A stretch of DNA of 64,000 nt from an uncultured delta proteobacterium (GCA_963815115.1 CAWFFN010000009.1:640001-704000); one strand, 5' to 3'; positions 1 through 12,050 are shown, counted from the first letter of the stretch. The notes: generated by a model from the sequence alone, not told the origin. Made by a program: numbers and translations.

Positions 1-1926
1 ACCGCGCAGCCGGGCGAGCACCTCGTCGGCCGTGAGGGTCCGCGTGCTCGGCGAGCTGAGGGTGGCGTAGATGCGGCCCGTGTTGATGGCGCTCCCGCCT
101 CCGCCACCGCCGCCGGTGAAGCCGAGCACGCTCTCCACGTCCGGATCGCTTGGCGATCGTGCTCACCACCTCGCGCAGCTTCTCCGACATGGCGGTGAAC
201 GAGATGTCCTGCGCGGCCTGGATGCCGCCCGCGAGCCGGCCGGTGTCCTGCTGCGGGAAGAACCCCTTCGGCACCACCATGAACAGCTTCACGCTGAGCG
301 CCACGGTGAGGAGCATGACGATCAGCATCAGCAGCGGATGGCGCAGCACCCAGCCCAGAGCCGTGGCGGTAGCCATTCGCCATGCCGTCGAGCGGCGCTC
401 GCGGAGACTGCGTCCGGGGACGGTGCCGGAGCCCGTTCCTCCGCGGCTCGTGTCGCAGCAGCGACCCGCACATCATCGGCGTCGTGGTGAGCGACACCAC
501 GAGCGAGATGACGACGGCGGCGGTGAGGACGGCGGCGAACTCGCGGAACAGGCGGCCGATGATGCCGCCCATCAGCAGGATGGGCAGGAAGACCGCGACC
601 AGCGAGACGCTGATCGACAGCACGGTGAAGCCGATCTCGCGGGCGCCCTGCAGCGCAGCCTCGCGCGGCTTCATGCCCGCCTCCACGTGCCGCATGATGT
701 TCTCGAGCACGACGATGGCGTCGTCCACCACGAAGCCGGTGGAGATCGTGAGGGCGGTGAGCGACAGGTTGTCGAGGCTGTAGCCGAACAGCCACATGAC
801 GCCGAAGGTGCCGATGAGCGACACCGGCACGGCCACCGTGGGGATGAGCGCGGCGCGCGGGCTACGCAGGAAGGCGAAGACGACCAGCGTGACCAGGATC
901 ACGGAGATGATCAGCGACCTCTCCACGTCGTGCAGCGAGGCGCGGATGGTGGGGGTCCGGTCGAGAGCCACCGACGTCTTGATCGCGGCCGGCAGCGACG
1001 CCTCGAGCTGCGGAAGCGCCGCGCGCACGCGATCCACGGTGGCGATGACGTTCGCACCCGGACTGCGGAAGATCACCACGAGGATCGCCGGCTGGCCGTT
1101 CGAGATGCCGCCCGCCCGCACGTCCTCGACGGAGTCCACCACGTCGGCCACCTCGGAGAGCTGGAGCGGCGCGCCGTTCTCCCAGGCGACGACGATGGGC
1201 CGGTACTGCATCGGCGGTGCGCAGCTGCCCGTTGGTGTCGATCTGGCGGGTCACGTCGCCGTCGACGAGCCGGCCGGTCGGACGCCGCACATTGGTAGCC
1301 GCGAGGGTCTGGCGCACGTCTTCCAGCCCGACGTTGTGACGGCTGAGGGCCTGCGGGTTGAGCTCCACCCGGACGGCCGGGAGCGAGCTGCCGCCCACGA
1401 ACACCTGGCCGACTCCCTCCACGCGGGACAGGCGCTGCTGCATGATGCTCGAAGCGGCATCGTACATCTGCCCGGTGCGCATCGTGTCGGAGGTGAGGGC
1501 GAGGATGAAGATGGGCGCGTCGGCGGGATTCACCTTCCGATACGTCGGGTTGATCGGCAGCGATGGCGGCAGGTAGGTCCGGGCGGCGCTGATAGCGGCC
1601 TGCACGTCTCGCGCCGCGCCGTCGATGTTCCGGTCGAGGTCGAACTGAAGCACGATCCCCGTCGTTCCGAGACTGCTCGTGGACGTCATGTCGGTAATGC
1701 CAGCGATGCGGCCGAACTGGCGCTCGAGCGGAGCCGCCACCGAGCTGGCCATGGTCTCGGGGCTCGCCCCGGGCAGCGAGGCGGAGACCTGGATGGTGGG
1801 GAAGTCCACCTGGGGCAGCGGCGCGACCGGCAGGAACTGGAACCCGAGCGCACCCGCGACGGCGAGCCCGATGGTGAGCAACGTCGTCGCGACGGGCCGG
1901 GTGATGAACGGTGCCGAGATGTTCAT
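1..1926 (-). CDS. mdtC: RND efflux permease, MdtC/MuxC-like (runs off window start; frameshifted in this sequence)
   Basis: Starts [17 protein letters not shown]...[39 protein letters not shown]; later [24 protein letters not shown] in another frame; ATG overlaps the stop of the upstream paralog (ATGA at 1923-1926). Confidence 0.85.
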
Positions 1927-4900
1927 GACGGCGAGGCGCCGGGCTCGGGGATCACCTTGTCGGCGACTCCGCGCATCCGCTTCGCCAGGCGATCGAAGGC
2001 CAGGTAGATGACCGGCGTGGTGTAGAGGGTGAGGGCCTGGCTGACGATCAGGCCGCCCACGATCGCGATGCCGAGCGGCCGGCGCAGCTCGGCGCCCACG
2101 CCGTGGCTGAGCGCCAGGGGCAGCGCACCGAGCAGCGCCGCCATGGTCGTCATCATGATGGGCCGGAAGCGCAGCAGGCTGGCCTCGTAGATCGCGTCGG
2201 GCGGCGCGGCGCCCTTGCCGCGCTCCGCCTCGAGGGCGAAGTCGATCATCATGATGGCGTTCTTCTTGACGATGCCGATCAGCAGGATGATGCCGATCAG
2301 CGCCATGACGTTCAGCTCCGAGCCGAACAGCAGCAGCGCGAGCAGCGCGCCGACGCCGGCGGACGGCAGCGTGGACAGGATGGTGACGGGATGGATGTAG
2401 CTCTCGTAGAGCACGCCCAGGACGAGATACACGGTGACCAGCGCGGCCAGGATGAGCAGCGGCTCGTTGGCGAGCGACGCCTGGAACGCCTGCGCCGTGC
2501 CCTGGAAGCTGCCGTGGATCGACGGCGGCATGCCGAGCGCCGCGGTCGCCTCCTGCACCGCGTCGACCGCTGCGCCCAGCGACACGCCGGGCGCGAGGTT
2601 GAACGACAGCGTCACCACCGGGAATTGTCCCTGATGGCCGATCGAGAGCGGCGCGGTCGTATCCGTCACCTTCGTCACCGTGCGCAGCGGCACCGATCCG
2701 CCGTCCGGTCCCTCGAGGTAGATGTCGTCGAGGCCCGCCGGCCCCTGCCGCAGCTCCGGCGTCACCTCGAGCACGACGCGGTACTGGTTCAGCTGCGTGA
2801 ACATGGTGGAGATCTGGCGCTGGCCGAAGGCGTCGTAGAGCGTGTCGACCACCATCTGGGGCGTGATGCCGAGGCGCGAGGCCGTGGCCCGGTCGATCGT
2901 GACCATGGCCTGGAGGCCGGCGTCCTGCTGGTCGGTCCCGACGTCGCGCAGCTCGGGCCGCTCCCGCAGCGCCTCGCACGACGCGCGGCGCCCAGCGGCG
3001 CAGCTCGGCGGGATCGGCGTCCTCCAGGCTGTACTGGTACTGCGTGCGGCTGACGCGGTCCTCGACCGTCAGGTCCTGGACCGGCTGCATGAAGAGCGTG
3101 ATGCCGTCCACCTTCGCCAGCTCCGGCTGCAGGCGCCGGATCACGTCGCTCGCGGAGATCCCGCGCTTGGCGAGCGGCTTCAGCGTCACCTGGATGCGGC
3201 CGCTGTTGAGCGTCGTGTTCGTGCCGTCGATGCCGATGAACGACGAGACGTTGTCGACGGCGGGATCGCGCAGGATCACCTCCGCCAGCGCCTGCTGCCG
3301 CTCGGCCATGGCCGAGAAGGACACCGACTGGGGCGCCTCCGAGATGCCGAGGATGACGCCGGTGTCCTGGATCGGGAAGAAGCCCTTGGGCACGACGAGG
3401 TAGAGCACGATGGTGAGGGCCAGCACCGCCGACCGCGACCAGCAGCGTGGCGCGCTGGCGCTCGAGCACCCAGCGCAGCGTGCGTGCCGTACCCCTCGAT
3501 GAGGCGCTCGAAGAAGCGCTCGGAGGCCCTGTAGAAGCGTCCCTGCTGCTCGGCCGGCTTGTGGCGCAGCAGGCGGGCGCACATCATGGGAGTCAGCGTG
3601 AGCGACACGACCGCCGAGATCAGGATGGTGACGCCGAGCGTGATCGCGAACTCGCGGAACAGCCGGCCCACGACGTCGCCCATGAAGAGCAGCGGGATCA
3701 GCACGGCGACCAGCGAGACGGTGAGCGAGAGGATGGTGAAGCCGATCTCCTCGGCGCCCTTCAGCGCCGCCTCGAGCGGAGGATCGCCCTTCTCGACGTA
3801 GCGGGCGATGTTCTCGATCATCACGATGGCGTCGTCCACCACGAAGCCGGTGGAGATGGTGAGCGCCATCAGCGAGAGGTTGTTCAGGCTGAAGCCCAGC
3901 AGGTACATGACGGCGAAGGTGCCGATGAGCGAGAGCGGCACCGCCACCGCCGGGATGACCGTGCCGGCGAGGCTGCGCAGGAAGAGGAAGATCACCAGCA
4001 CGACCAGCACGACCGCCAGCATCATCTCCCACTGCACGTCCTCCACCGAGGCGCGGATGGTGGCGGTGCGGTCGGTCAGGATGGTCATGTGCACCGACGG
4101 CGGAAGCGTGGCTTCGAGCTGGGGCAGGAGCTGGCGCACGCGGTCGACGACGGCGATGACGTTGGCGCCCGGCTGACGCTGGATGTTGACGATCACCGCG
4201 GGCGTTTGGTTCATCCATGCGGCCTGCTCGACGTTCTCCGCGTCGTCCACGACCTCGGCCACGTCGGACAGGCGCACGGGAGCGCCGTTGCGGTGCGCCA
4301 CGATCAGCGGCTTGTACTCGGCGCTCGTCAGGAGCTGGTCGTTGGCCGCGATGGTGTAGGACTGATCGGGGCCGTCGAAGGCGCCCTTGGCCTGGTTCAC
4401 GTTGGCCGCCGCGATCACCGCCCGCAGGTCCTCCAGCGTGATGCCGTACGCCGCCAGTGCCGTCGGGTTGGCGCGGACCCGGACCGCGGGCCGCTGCCCG
4501 CCGCCGATGCTCACCAGCCCGACGCCGGACAGCTCCGCGATCTTCTGCACCAGCCGCGTCTCGGCCAGGTCCTCGACCTGCGGCAGGGGCAGCGAATCGG
4601 AGGTCAGCGCCAGCGTCAGGATGGGCGCGTCCGCCGGGTTGACCTTGCTGTAGACGGGCGGGATCGGGAGGTCCTTCGGCAGGAAGCTGGTGGCGGCGTT
4701 GATCGCCGCCTGGACCTCCTGCTCGGCGACGTCGAGGCTCAGGTCGAGCGCGAAGCGGAGCGTGATCAGCGAGCTGCCGGCGGAGCTGGTGGAGGTCATC
4801 TGGGCGAGCCCGGGCATCTGCCCGAGCTGGCGCTCCAGCGGCGCCGTCACGGTGGACGCCATCACGTCCGGATTGGCGCCCGGGAAAGAAGGTGGCGACC

Positions 4901-5037
4901 TGGATGGTGGGGTAGTCCACCTGCGGCAGCGCCGACACCGGCAGCTTCCGGTATCCGAGCGCGCCGACCAGCAGGATGGCCACCATGAGCAGGCTGGTGG
5001 CGACCGGCCGGAGGATGAACGGCCGGGACAGGCTCAC
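1923..5037 (-). CDS. mdtB: RND efflux permease, MdtB/MuxB-like (split across frames)
   Basis: [23 protein letters not shown]...[38 protein letters not shown] and [11 protein letters not shown] motifs spread over ORFs 862..5037, 3276..4865 and 1923..2906. Confidence 0.88.
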
Positions 5038-6230
5038 GAATGGCCCTGCTCCGCTGCCGCCCGACCCTGTGCCCGCGGCGTCACCGTCATGCCGTCGCGC
5101 AGCGCGTCCGCTCCGTCGGTCACCACGATGTCGCCGGGCGCGAGTCCCTCGTCGATGGAGGTGTCGTTGCCCTCGGTGACGCCGATACGTACCGGGCGCG
5201 CCTGCACGGTCTGCTCGGGGGTCACCACGTAGACGAACGCGCCCTGCGTCCCGCGCCGCACCGCGACGCCCGGCACCAGCGTGACGCCGCGGCGGACGTC
5301 GAGGAGCAAGCGCGCATTGACGAACTGGTTCGGAAAGAGGGCGAAGTCGTCGTTCGGGAACTGCGCCTTCACCTTGACCGTGCCGGTGGTGGGATCGATG
5401 GAGTTGTCGACGGTGAGCACCGCTCCGGTCGCGATGCGGCGCGATCCCGCGCGGTCGTAGGCCTCCACCTCGGGCGGATCGCCGTTCCGCATCCGCGGCA
5501 TCAAGGCATCGGCAGGTCGTCCTCGGGCACCGCGAAGACCACGGCGATCGGCCGGATCTGCGTGATCGTCACCAGGCCGCCGGGGTCGGTCGCGTGCACC
5601 ATGTTGCCGGCATCGACCAGGCGCAGCCCGAGCCGGCCGCTGACGGGCGCGGTGATGCGGGAGTAGGTGAGCTGGAGCTTCGCCGCGTCGACCTGGCCCT
5701 TGTCGGTCTCGATGGACGCCTTGTATTGCCGGACCAGCGCTTCCTGGGTGTCGAGCTGCTGCTTCGGGATGGAGTCCTGCGCCCACAGCTTGCGGTAGCG
5801 CTCCAGGTCCACCAGGCCGTTGGCGAGCAGGGCCTGGTCCTTGGCGAGCTGCCCCTGGGCCTGCTGCAGCTGCACCTGGAACGGGCGCGGATCGATCTCG
5901 GCCAGGAGATCGCCCGCGTGGACCATCTGGCCTTCCTGGAAGTGCACCGCCATGAGCTGGCCGTCCACCCGGCTGCGCACGGTGACGGTGGCGAGCGGGG
6001 TCACCGCGCCCAGGCCGTCGATGTAGACCGGGATGTCGCCGGTGCGCGCCGGCTCCGTGACCACGGGAACCGGACGCGCCTTGGCGGCCGGCGGCAGCGC
6101 CGCGTCGCTGGTGGCGCCCTGCCGTGGCCACAGGCGATACGCCACGCCTGCCACCACCACGGCTGCCGACCAGCAGCAGCATCATGCGGGCTCCGGAGCG
6201 CCTGCCGCTCCGGGGTTTCTCGTCCGTCAT
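5034..6230 (-). CDS. mdtA: RND membrane fusion protein, MdtA/MuxA-like (frameshifted)
   Basis: [22 protein letters not shown]...[25 protein letters not shown] and [19 protein letters not shown]...LFPNQFVN; N-terminal TM segment. Confidence 0.88.
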   Translation of the reverse strand: MTDEKPRSGRRSGARMMLLLVGSRGGGRRGVSPVATAGRHQRRGAAAGRQGASGSRGHGAGAHRRHPGLHRRPGRGDPARHRHRAQPGGRPAHGGALPGRPDGPRGRSPGRDRSAPVPGAAAAGPGAARQGPGPARQRPGGPGALPQAVGAGLHPEAAARHPGSAGPAIQGVHRDRQGPGRRGEAPAHLLPHHRARQRPARAAPGRCRQHGARDRPRRPGDDHADPADRRGLRGARGRPADALMPRMRNGDPPEVEAYDRAGSRRIATGAVLTVDNSIDPTTGTVKVKAQFPNDDFALFPNQFVNARLLLDVRRGVTLVPGVAVRRGTQGAFVYVVTPEQTVQARPVRIGVTEGNDTSIDEGLAPGDIVVTDGADALRDGMTVTPRAQGRAAAEQGHS

Positions 6231-6875
6231 CAGGAACCGTCCTTGCCATTGCGCAGCGAGCCCGTGCATGGCCGCGAGCGAGAAGCGAGTGACGTGATCC
6301 GCGAGCTGCTGGACCTCGCGGGCCGGCACCAGCTCGGGATAGAGGCGGCTCACCACGGCCGCGCTGTTACGGTAGAAGACGCATTGCGAGATGACGCTCA
6401 GCGTGCAGAGCCGGACCGCCTCGGCAGAGGCCTCCGGCCCGAGCAGCGCGCGGATGATGTCCGCGAGCTGGTCGTGGTTGGCGCGCATGCGCCGCCGCAC
6501 GAAGCGGTCGAGCGCGGGTGTGGGGTCGATCAGCTCGCGGGCCAGGAGGCGCGCCATCCAGGTCGGCCTGCGGGAGTCGAGCAGTCGCGAGAGGAACGAT
6601 GCGACGTGGGCGCGCAGGCGCTCCTCGGGGCCGGCGTCGTCCTGCGACGTCCGGGGGCGGTGCGCTCGGGGGCGTTGCGCTCGGCGTACTCGAAGACGGC
6701 GGCATACAGCCCCTCCTTGTCGCCGAAATGATAGTGCGCGGCCGCGATGTTGGCCCCTGCGCAGCTTGCAGATGCGCTGGATGGTCGCCTTGCGGAAGCC
6801 CTCCTCGGCGAAGACCTCGACGGCCGCCTCGAGCAGGCGGGCCCTGGTGTCGGCGGAACGCGCGGCTTGTCCCAT
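6230..6875 (-). CDS. TetR-family regulator, CecR/DUF1956-like (frameshifted)
   Basis: TRARLLEAAVEVFAEEGFRKATIQRIC HTH start; C-terminal RLLARELIDPTPALD...LSVISQCVFY...LADHVTRFSLAAM; first gene of the efflux operon. Confidence 0.8.
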
Positions 6876-6877
6876 CG

Positions 6878-6915
6878 TGAAATGAGACTTTGAAATGGTC
6901 ATTTGATTCAGTCAA
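6878..6915 (-). promoter_or_regulatory. Putative TetR operator/promoter of the efflux operon
   Basis: Two overlapping imperfect palindromes 13 bp apart (TGAAATGAGACTTTGA, TGAAATGGTCATTTGA) directly upstream of the TetR ATG; TTGACT -35-like hexamer on the minus strand at 6910-6915. Confidence 0.5.
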
Positions 6916-6973
6916 GTGCCGGGAGGGCCCGGCGCGTCGGACGGTCGTCATGTGGCCGGGCGACGGTGCGCTG

Positions 6974-7360
6974 CTACGCGAGCTCGAGGTCTGTCCGGGC
7001 GAAACCTCTCCCGGTGCAGAGGAGGGGCTCCTGCGCCAGCTTCGCGGTCGCGTAGGTCAGGCAATCGCCGAAGTTCAATGCTGCTCCGTGGCGACCCTTG
7101 CCGAAGCGCCGGTAGGCATCGACGGCCGCGCGCCAGTGCCCCTCTCCGAACGGCACCACCACGATCCCCAGCTCGGTCACGAACTGGGCCAGCAGGGCCC
7201 GCGCGTGCGCTCCGATGCGCGCCGTGAGCACGATGCCGGTCTCGACCAACGTCGGGGTGCCGACGGCGACCGCCGTTGCCGCGCCCAGCTTCCCGACGAT
7301 CGTGTCGGCTCCGGGTTCCTTCAGGAACACCGCGACGATGGCGGACGTGTCGAGGATCAC
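6974..7360 (-). CDS. vapC: VapC PIN-domain toxin
   Basis: MILDTSAIVAVFLKEP...YRRFGKGRHGAALNFGDCLTYATAK, typical VapC motif set. Confidence 0.9.
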   Translation of the reverse strand: MILDTSAIVAVFLKEPGADTIVGKLGAATAVAVGTPTLVETGIVLTARIGAHARALLAQFVTELGIVVVPFGEGHWRAAVDAYRRFGKGRHGAALNFGDCLTYATAKLAQEPLLCTGRGFARTDLELA

Positions 7361-7629
7361 ACGCCCCTCGGCCCGTAGCCCAGGATTCCGTTCTCCGTAC
7401 GACGGGACAGGCGGCGACCAAGCTGCCCGCGGGGTACCCGGGGCCACACCTCGTGCTCGAGGAACTCCCGCAGATGCGCGGCGCGGTCCTGGCGCACGAC
7501 CCGGAGGGCGAGACGTTCGCGGCGCTCCGCGAGGGCGCGGCGGACGGCCTCCGTCTTGGTTTCTCCCGCGAGCCGTGCGACTTCGTCCACGAGGCGCTCG
7601 ACGTCGGCATTTTTGATGTTGAGCGGCAC
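7357..7629 (-). CDS. vapB: VapB antitoxin (Rv0623-like)
   Basis: PLNIKNADVERLVDEVARLAGETKTEAVRRALAER...ILGYGPRGV; stop overlaps the vapC start. Confidence 0.85.
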   Translation of the reverse strand: MPLNIKNADVERLVDEVARLAGETKTEAVRRALAERRERLALRVVRQDRAAHLREFLEHEVWPRVPRGQLGRRLSRRTENGILGYGPRGV

Positions 7630-7777
7630 GGGACGCACTATTCCACCAGGCCAGCTGTTATCAACCATGGTGGATCACGGCTGGCACCACGTCCGACTGC
7701 CGACCGCCGCCCGCGGGCGATCGGCGCTCGACGCTCGGGTGGCGCCCGTCCTCCGACTGCGCTACGGCTTGCCCGCC

Positions 7778-8575
7778 ATGCCCGTCACGGTCGCCATCAT
7801 CCCGGCGCGGCATCGCTCCACCCGGCTCCCGGGAAAGGCGCTCGCCGACATCGCGGGCCGTCCCATGGTGTGGCACGTCGCGCAGCGGGCGCTGCGGGCG
7901 CGCGGCATCGCGCGCGTCATCGTGGCGACCGACGACCCCCTCATCGGCGACGCCGTGGCGGGGATGGGGGTCGACGTGGCGCTCACCAGCCCCCAGCACC
8001 CGACCGGGACCGATCGGCTCGCCGAGGTGGCGCGCGGACTCGACGCCGACGTCGTGCTGAACGTCCAGGGCGACCTGCCGCTCCTCGACCCGGCAATGGT
8101 CGAGGCGCTCGCCGCCCGCATGACGGACGATGCCGGCCTGGCCATGGCCACGGTGGCGACGGCGCTGCACGACGAGAAGGAATGGCGCTCGCCGCACGTC
8201 GTGAAGGTGGTGGTCGACGCCGGCGCTCGGGCTCTCTACTTCTCGCGCAGCCCGATCCCGTACGACCGGGACGGCGTGCGGGCGGCGGGCGAGCCCTTCG
8301 GCTGGCGTCACGTGGGGATGTACGCCTACCGCCGCGACGTGCTGCTCCGGCTGGCGGCGCTGCCGCCGTCTCCGCTCGAGCGCCGGGAGCAGCTCGAGCA
8401 GCTGCGGGCGCTCGAGCACGGCATCGCCATCGGCGTGGTCACGTGGACGGGCACGGCACCGCTCATCGAGGTCGACACGCGGGAGGATCTCGAGCGCGCG
8501 CGCGCGGCCATGCAGGCCGATGCGCACGAGGCCGCGGGCCCGCGCGCGGCGTGCGTCAAGCCCGAAGACTCCTGA
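7778..8575 (+). CDS. kdsB: 3-deoxy-manno-octulosonate cytidylyltransferase
   Basis: IIPARHRSTRLPGKALADIAG, GTDRLAEV, NVQGDLP, ALYFSRSPIP, LEQLRALEHG, EVDTREDL. Confidence 0.95.
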   Translation: MPVTVAIIPARHRSTRLPGKALADIAGRPMVWHVAQRALRARGIARVIVATDDPLIGDAVAGMGVDVALTSPQHPTGTDRLAEVARGLDADVVLNVQGDLPLLDPAMVEALAARMTDDAGLAMATVATALHDEKEWRSPHVVKVVVDAGARALYFSRSPIPYDRDGVRAAGEPFGWRHVGMYAYRRDVLLRLAALPPSPLERREQLEQLRALEHGIAIGVVTWTGTAPLIEVDTREDLERARAAMQADAHEAAGPRAACVKPEDS

Positions 8576-8581
8576 CCCGGG

Positions 8582-10174
8582 TCAGCGGTCCGGGGGCGCG
8601 GCGCCGGGGCCGTCGAGCACCAGCACGGCGAACTCGCCCGCCGGCAGGCTGCGCCCCGTGCGGGCGCCGAGCGCCGCGCCGAGGGCGGGTGCCACCTGCG
8701 CCGCCGTGACGAGGTAGCGGATGTGCTGGCCGTCGACCAGCTCGGCGAGCTGCTCGGCCGTCGTGCGCCCGCCGACGGCGTTCTGCGCTTCCTGGGCGCG
8801 CTGCGCGAACTGTGGCGTGAGGAACCAGTGGCCGGCGTAGACGCGGTGGTCGGTGTAGGCGGGGATGTAGTTGCCGAGATCGGGAGGCGCGAGCACGTTG
8901 CCGGCGGGCAGAGTCGCGAGCACGTCCAGCGCCTGCAGGCCCGACTGCCGGATGCGGTGCGTCTCGACCTCGTCGATGCACTTGGCCGTCAGCGCGAGCG
9001 GCGCCTGGAAGAGCAGGATCAGCAGCCCGGCCGCCCATGCCAGCCCGGACGGGCGGGCGCGCAGGCGATCGAGCGTGCGCGTGAGCGCCGGCGCCGCCGC
9101 CAGGCAGAGCGGCGGCCAGAGGTGAAACACGAAGTGGTAGCCGTTCAGCACGGTCGAGGTGTGCAGGACGAGGACGGCGAGCGTCCAGGCGCCAACGCCG
9201 AGGCGTCCCGTCTCGCCGTCCGCGATCCATCTCCGCCAGCCTCGCACGGCGAAGAGGCCCACGACCCCGAGCGTCACGGGATACCAGAAGATCGACAGCG
9301 CCTGCGGCCCGAGCATGCTGTCGGACGACGCACGGTAGACCGCGTCGCCGCTCTGCCACGCGGAAAGCGACGCGGCGACGAGCGCCCCCGGCACGAGTCC
9401 GGCCGCGATCCATCCCGCGCCCGCGAGCCCACCCGGGATCTCGAGGAGCCACGCGACGGCGGGTCGGGCGATCGCGACGGCGAGGACGACGACGGCCGAG
9501 TAGGGATGCACGAGGACGAGCGCGACGAAGCCGGCGCCGAGACGAACGGCGTCGCCCGCTCCCGCAGGACCCGCGCGGCGCACCAGCGGCACCAAGGCGA
9601 CCAGCGTCAGCGCGAGGGCGGCCACCCACAGGGGATTGTAGGACGCGGCGAACGTGTTCCAGCCCTGGAGGTGCCAGAGATCCTGGTTGACCTGCCACTG
9701 GATCTGCCCGGGAAGATGCGGCACGAGCCGGTCGGCCACGGCCTCGAGTCCCCCGGCAAGCATCACGAGCCAGCAGGCAACCACGCGCTCGCGGCGCTGA
9801 TCGAGGACGACGCCGGTGATGTGCCATACGGCACCGAGCAGGAGGAAGAGCAGCGGCACGCGGGACAGCTCCAGCACCGTGAAGGGGCTCGCGCCGGTCC
9901 ACCGCGAGACGGCGCCGAGCACATCGAAGAACGCTGGCAAGTAGCGACCGTCCTGCGGCGCCGTGGTGAACGGATTCGCCAGGAGCCAGTGTCCCCCCGC
10001 CGCCTCCCGCACGAACGCCGTGTAGGCGAGCCAGTCCTTCGGGTTGTAGCCGATGGGCGGCAGGACGCCGCCGGCCGTCGGCGCTCCGCCGAGCGACGCC
10101 GCCCACGGCAGCGCGCGCAGGACGGCGGAGATGGCGGGCGCGAGCCAGAGCGTCCAGGGTGGCCGGTCCGTCAC
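8582..10174 (-). CDS. Multi-pass membrane protein, possibly GT-C-fold glycosyltransferase
   Basis: Many hydrophobic segments; D-containing first loop (NPKDWLAY...NPFTTAPQ), LVHPY motif, C-terminal soluble domain (GNYIPAYTDHRVYAGHWFLT). Family assignment is inference. Confidence 0.5.
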   Translation of the reverse strand: MTDRPPWTLWLAPAISAVLRALPWAASLGGAPTAGGVLPPIGYNPKDWLAYTAFVREAAGGHWLLANPFTTAPQDGRYLPAFFDVLGAVSRWTGASPFTVLELSRVPLLFLLLGAVWHITGVVLDQRRERVVACWLVMLAGGLEAVADRLVPHLPGQIQWQVNQDLWHLQGWNTFAASYNPLWVAALALTLVALVPLVRRAGPAGAGDAVRLGAGFVALVLVHPYSAVVVLAVAIARPAVAWLLEIPGGLAGAGWIAAGLVPGALVAASLSAWQSGDAVYRASSDSMLGPQALSIFWYPVTLGVVGLFAVRGWRRWIADGETGRLGVGAWTLAVLVLHTSTVLNGYHFVFHLWPPLCLAAAPALTRTLDRLRARPSGLAWAAGLLILLFQAPLALTAKCIDEVETHRIRQSGLQALDVLATLPAGNVLAPPDLGNYIPAYTDHRVYAGHWFLTPQFAQRAQEAQNAVGGRTTAEQLAELVDGQHIRYLVTAAQVAPALGAALGARTGRSLPAGEFAVLVLDGPGAAPPDR

Positions 10175-10236
10175 GGCGTCCCCGGCTACGTCCCGCCGCG
10201 GCGCGCTGTCAAGGAACGATGCTGCCGCGCCGTGCC

Positions 10237-10278
10237 GAAAAGCGAAGCCCCCGGGTCCCATTCGAGACCCGGGGGCTC
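10237..10278 (-). terminator. Intrinsic terminator after Cys-rich protein A
   Basis: AGCCCCCGGGTC...GACCCGGGGGCT stem; reads into TCGCTTTT on the minus strand. Confidence 0.7.
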
Positions 10279-10305
10279 CTGATCGAATCTGGACCTAGCT
10301 AGACG

Positions 10306-11961
10306 CTAGTTATGCGCGTTGAACGTACCCGGGAGGGATACGGCGCCAGGGCCAGGCAGGTCGGCAGCGAAGTTGACCAGCCCGTTGGCGGTCGACGCGA
10401 TGCAGAAGACGGATGCCAGCGTCGCCGTGGCGTCTGCGCCGGTGGTGATCGGGCCGGCCGCGACGCCGTTCTCGATGATGGTTTGACAGGTCGGCTGGCC
10501 GAAGCACCCATTGGTGCCGGGGCTTCCCCCCTGGCCGGGGCAGAACGTGCCGGTGGCATTGTTCGCGTTGGCAATGCCCGTGGTGAGTGGCGAGAGATCG
10601 ACCGCGATCGGGCCGACGATCGTGCCGTCCACGCAGCCGTCGTGCCCGGGGACGCCGGCCTGGCAGTCCTTCGGAGGGGCGCCGACGCCGCCGGTCAGGC
10701 AGTCACGCGTGTAGCCGAGCGAGTCCGTGGTCGTGCAGGCCTGGGTCGCACGCGGGCCGCGGTCGCAGAAGCCATGCGCCGGGCTAGCCGGGCTGCCGCT
10801 GAGGATCGCGCCGGTACCGCCGGCGCCGGCGCGGCACGCCGGGCACGGCTGCGCCACGTTGCCCGTGAGGTACGTGGTGGAGGTGAGCGAGACGTTCGTG
10901 CTCGAGGTGCCGGTGGAGAGGTCGAGCGTACCGCTCGCATTGGAGGTGAAGGTGTTCAGCACGCAGGTGGTCAGGTTGGGCAGGGACGTGTTGGGGATCG
11001 GCAGCGGCGTGCCGAAGTTGCAGCCCGTGGCCGTGCAGTCGGGGGCCGAGCTGTTCACGGGAGGCGTGGTGTTCGTCGAGGAGATCGTGCAGCTCGTTCC
11101 CACGCAGGCCAGAGCGAAGCGGCTCTGCGAGCCGTCGGGCGTCGGGCCCTCTCCCACGGTCGAGGCGCCGCCCCCGATGTTGAGACCACCGCAATGGAGG
11201 GTCTTGATCACAGTGTTGGACCCGTCCCGCGCCGAACCGCAGGTGCCACCCGGGAGGCCGTTGGCGAAGTCGAGGATGGTCGGGGGCGGCGGCGGGGTCG
11301 TCAGGTTGAAGATGTCGAGCGCGAAGGCGTCGACCTTGGCCTCCATGGCAGCGACGTCGATGGGGGTCAGGCAGTCGTTCGGGACCTTCGCATAGAGCTT
11401 CGCGAAGCAGCCCTTCGTCGGGTCGGCGCCGCCGTCGAACTTGTCCGTTGCCTTCTGGAGGCAGGCGGGGTCGACCGGGAGGTTCTTGCCGGCCGCCTTG
11501 TTGTAGCAGCCGAGCACCGCCTTCACCTTGTTGGCGACGCACTTCTTCTTGCCCGCCGAGCACTTGCTCAGCACGGGCGCCGGGTAGCCGGGATCGAGCT
11601 CTTGCACCACGTCGAGCACGAAGGCGTCCGACTTGTTCTCGAGGAGCGCGATGAATCCGCTACCACTGGTCGGGCAGGGCGACTTCACCAGGTCCTTCTC
11701 GGCCTTGTCCATGCAGCCCTTGGCCGGGAGCGTGAACTTCTGCTCGGCCTTCGTGATGCATGCCGGATCGACCGGCACGTTCTTGCCCTCGGCCTTGTTG
11801 TGACAGCCGAGGAAGGCGGTGGCCTTGCCGTTGACGCACTTGATCTGCGCCGCGCTACACTTGAACGTGGTCGGCGGCCCGGCCGCCTGCGCGCCGATCG
11901 CGCCGAGCAGGAGCGCCGCCGCCGACAGCGTGGCCGCCCCGTACATCGAGAATCTCTTCAT
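10306..11961 (-). CDS. Secreted Cys-rich protein A (551 aa), unknown family
   Basis: Signal peptide (…GAIGAQA); two Cys/Lys helical repeats; PPPPP linker; C-terminal domain shared with 12244..13737 and 14085..15872. Confidence 0.85.
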   Translation of the reverse strand: MKRFSMYGAATLSAAALLLGAIGAQAAGPPTTFKCSAAQIKCVNGKATAFLGCHNKAEGKNVPVDPACITKAEQKFTLPAKGCMDKAEKDLVKSPCPTSGSGFIALLENKSDAFVLDVVQELDPGYPAPVLSKCSAGKKKCVANKVKAVLGCYNKAAGKNLPVDPACLQKATDKFDGGADPTKGCFAKLYAKVPNDCLTPIDVAAMEAKVDAFALDIFNLTTPPPPPTILDFANGLPGGTCGSARDGSNTVIKTLHCGGLNIGGGASTVGEGPTPDGSQSRFALACVGTSCTISSTNTTPPVNSSAPDCTATGCNFGTPLPIPNTSLPNLTTCVLNTFTSNASGTLDLSTGTSSTNVSLTSTTYLTGNVAQPCPACRAGAGGTGAILSGSPASPAHGFCDRGPRATQACTTTDSLGYTRDCLTGGVGAPPKDCQAGVPGHDGCVDGTIVGPIAVDLSPLTTGIANANNATGTFCPGQGGSPGTNGCFGQPTCQTIIENGVAAGPITTGADATATLASVFCIASTANGLVNFAADLPGPGAVSLPGTFNAHN

Positions 11962-12019
11962 ACCTTGACCCCCCTCGTTTTTCTTGTGTTGGTTTGGTGA
12001 ATCGACGTCTGACAGCGCG

Positions 12020-12050
12020 AGGTGTAAACCTGACCGGCGTTCGGCGTCAA
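12020..12050 (-). promoter_or_regulatory. sigma70-like promoter for Cys-rich protein A
   Basis: Minus strand TTGACG-N18-TACACC about 60 bp upstream of the ATG. Confidence 0.35.

Noticed and set aside
5034-6902. Apparent TetR-MdtA fusion, and MdtB-MdtC fusion in 862..5037
   Set aside because: Frame-hopping artefacts; proper stop/start overlaps exist at 6228-6232 and 1923-1926
6974-7629. vapBC as marker of a mobile element
   Set aside because: No integrase, transposase, tRNA or flanking direct repeats seen
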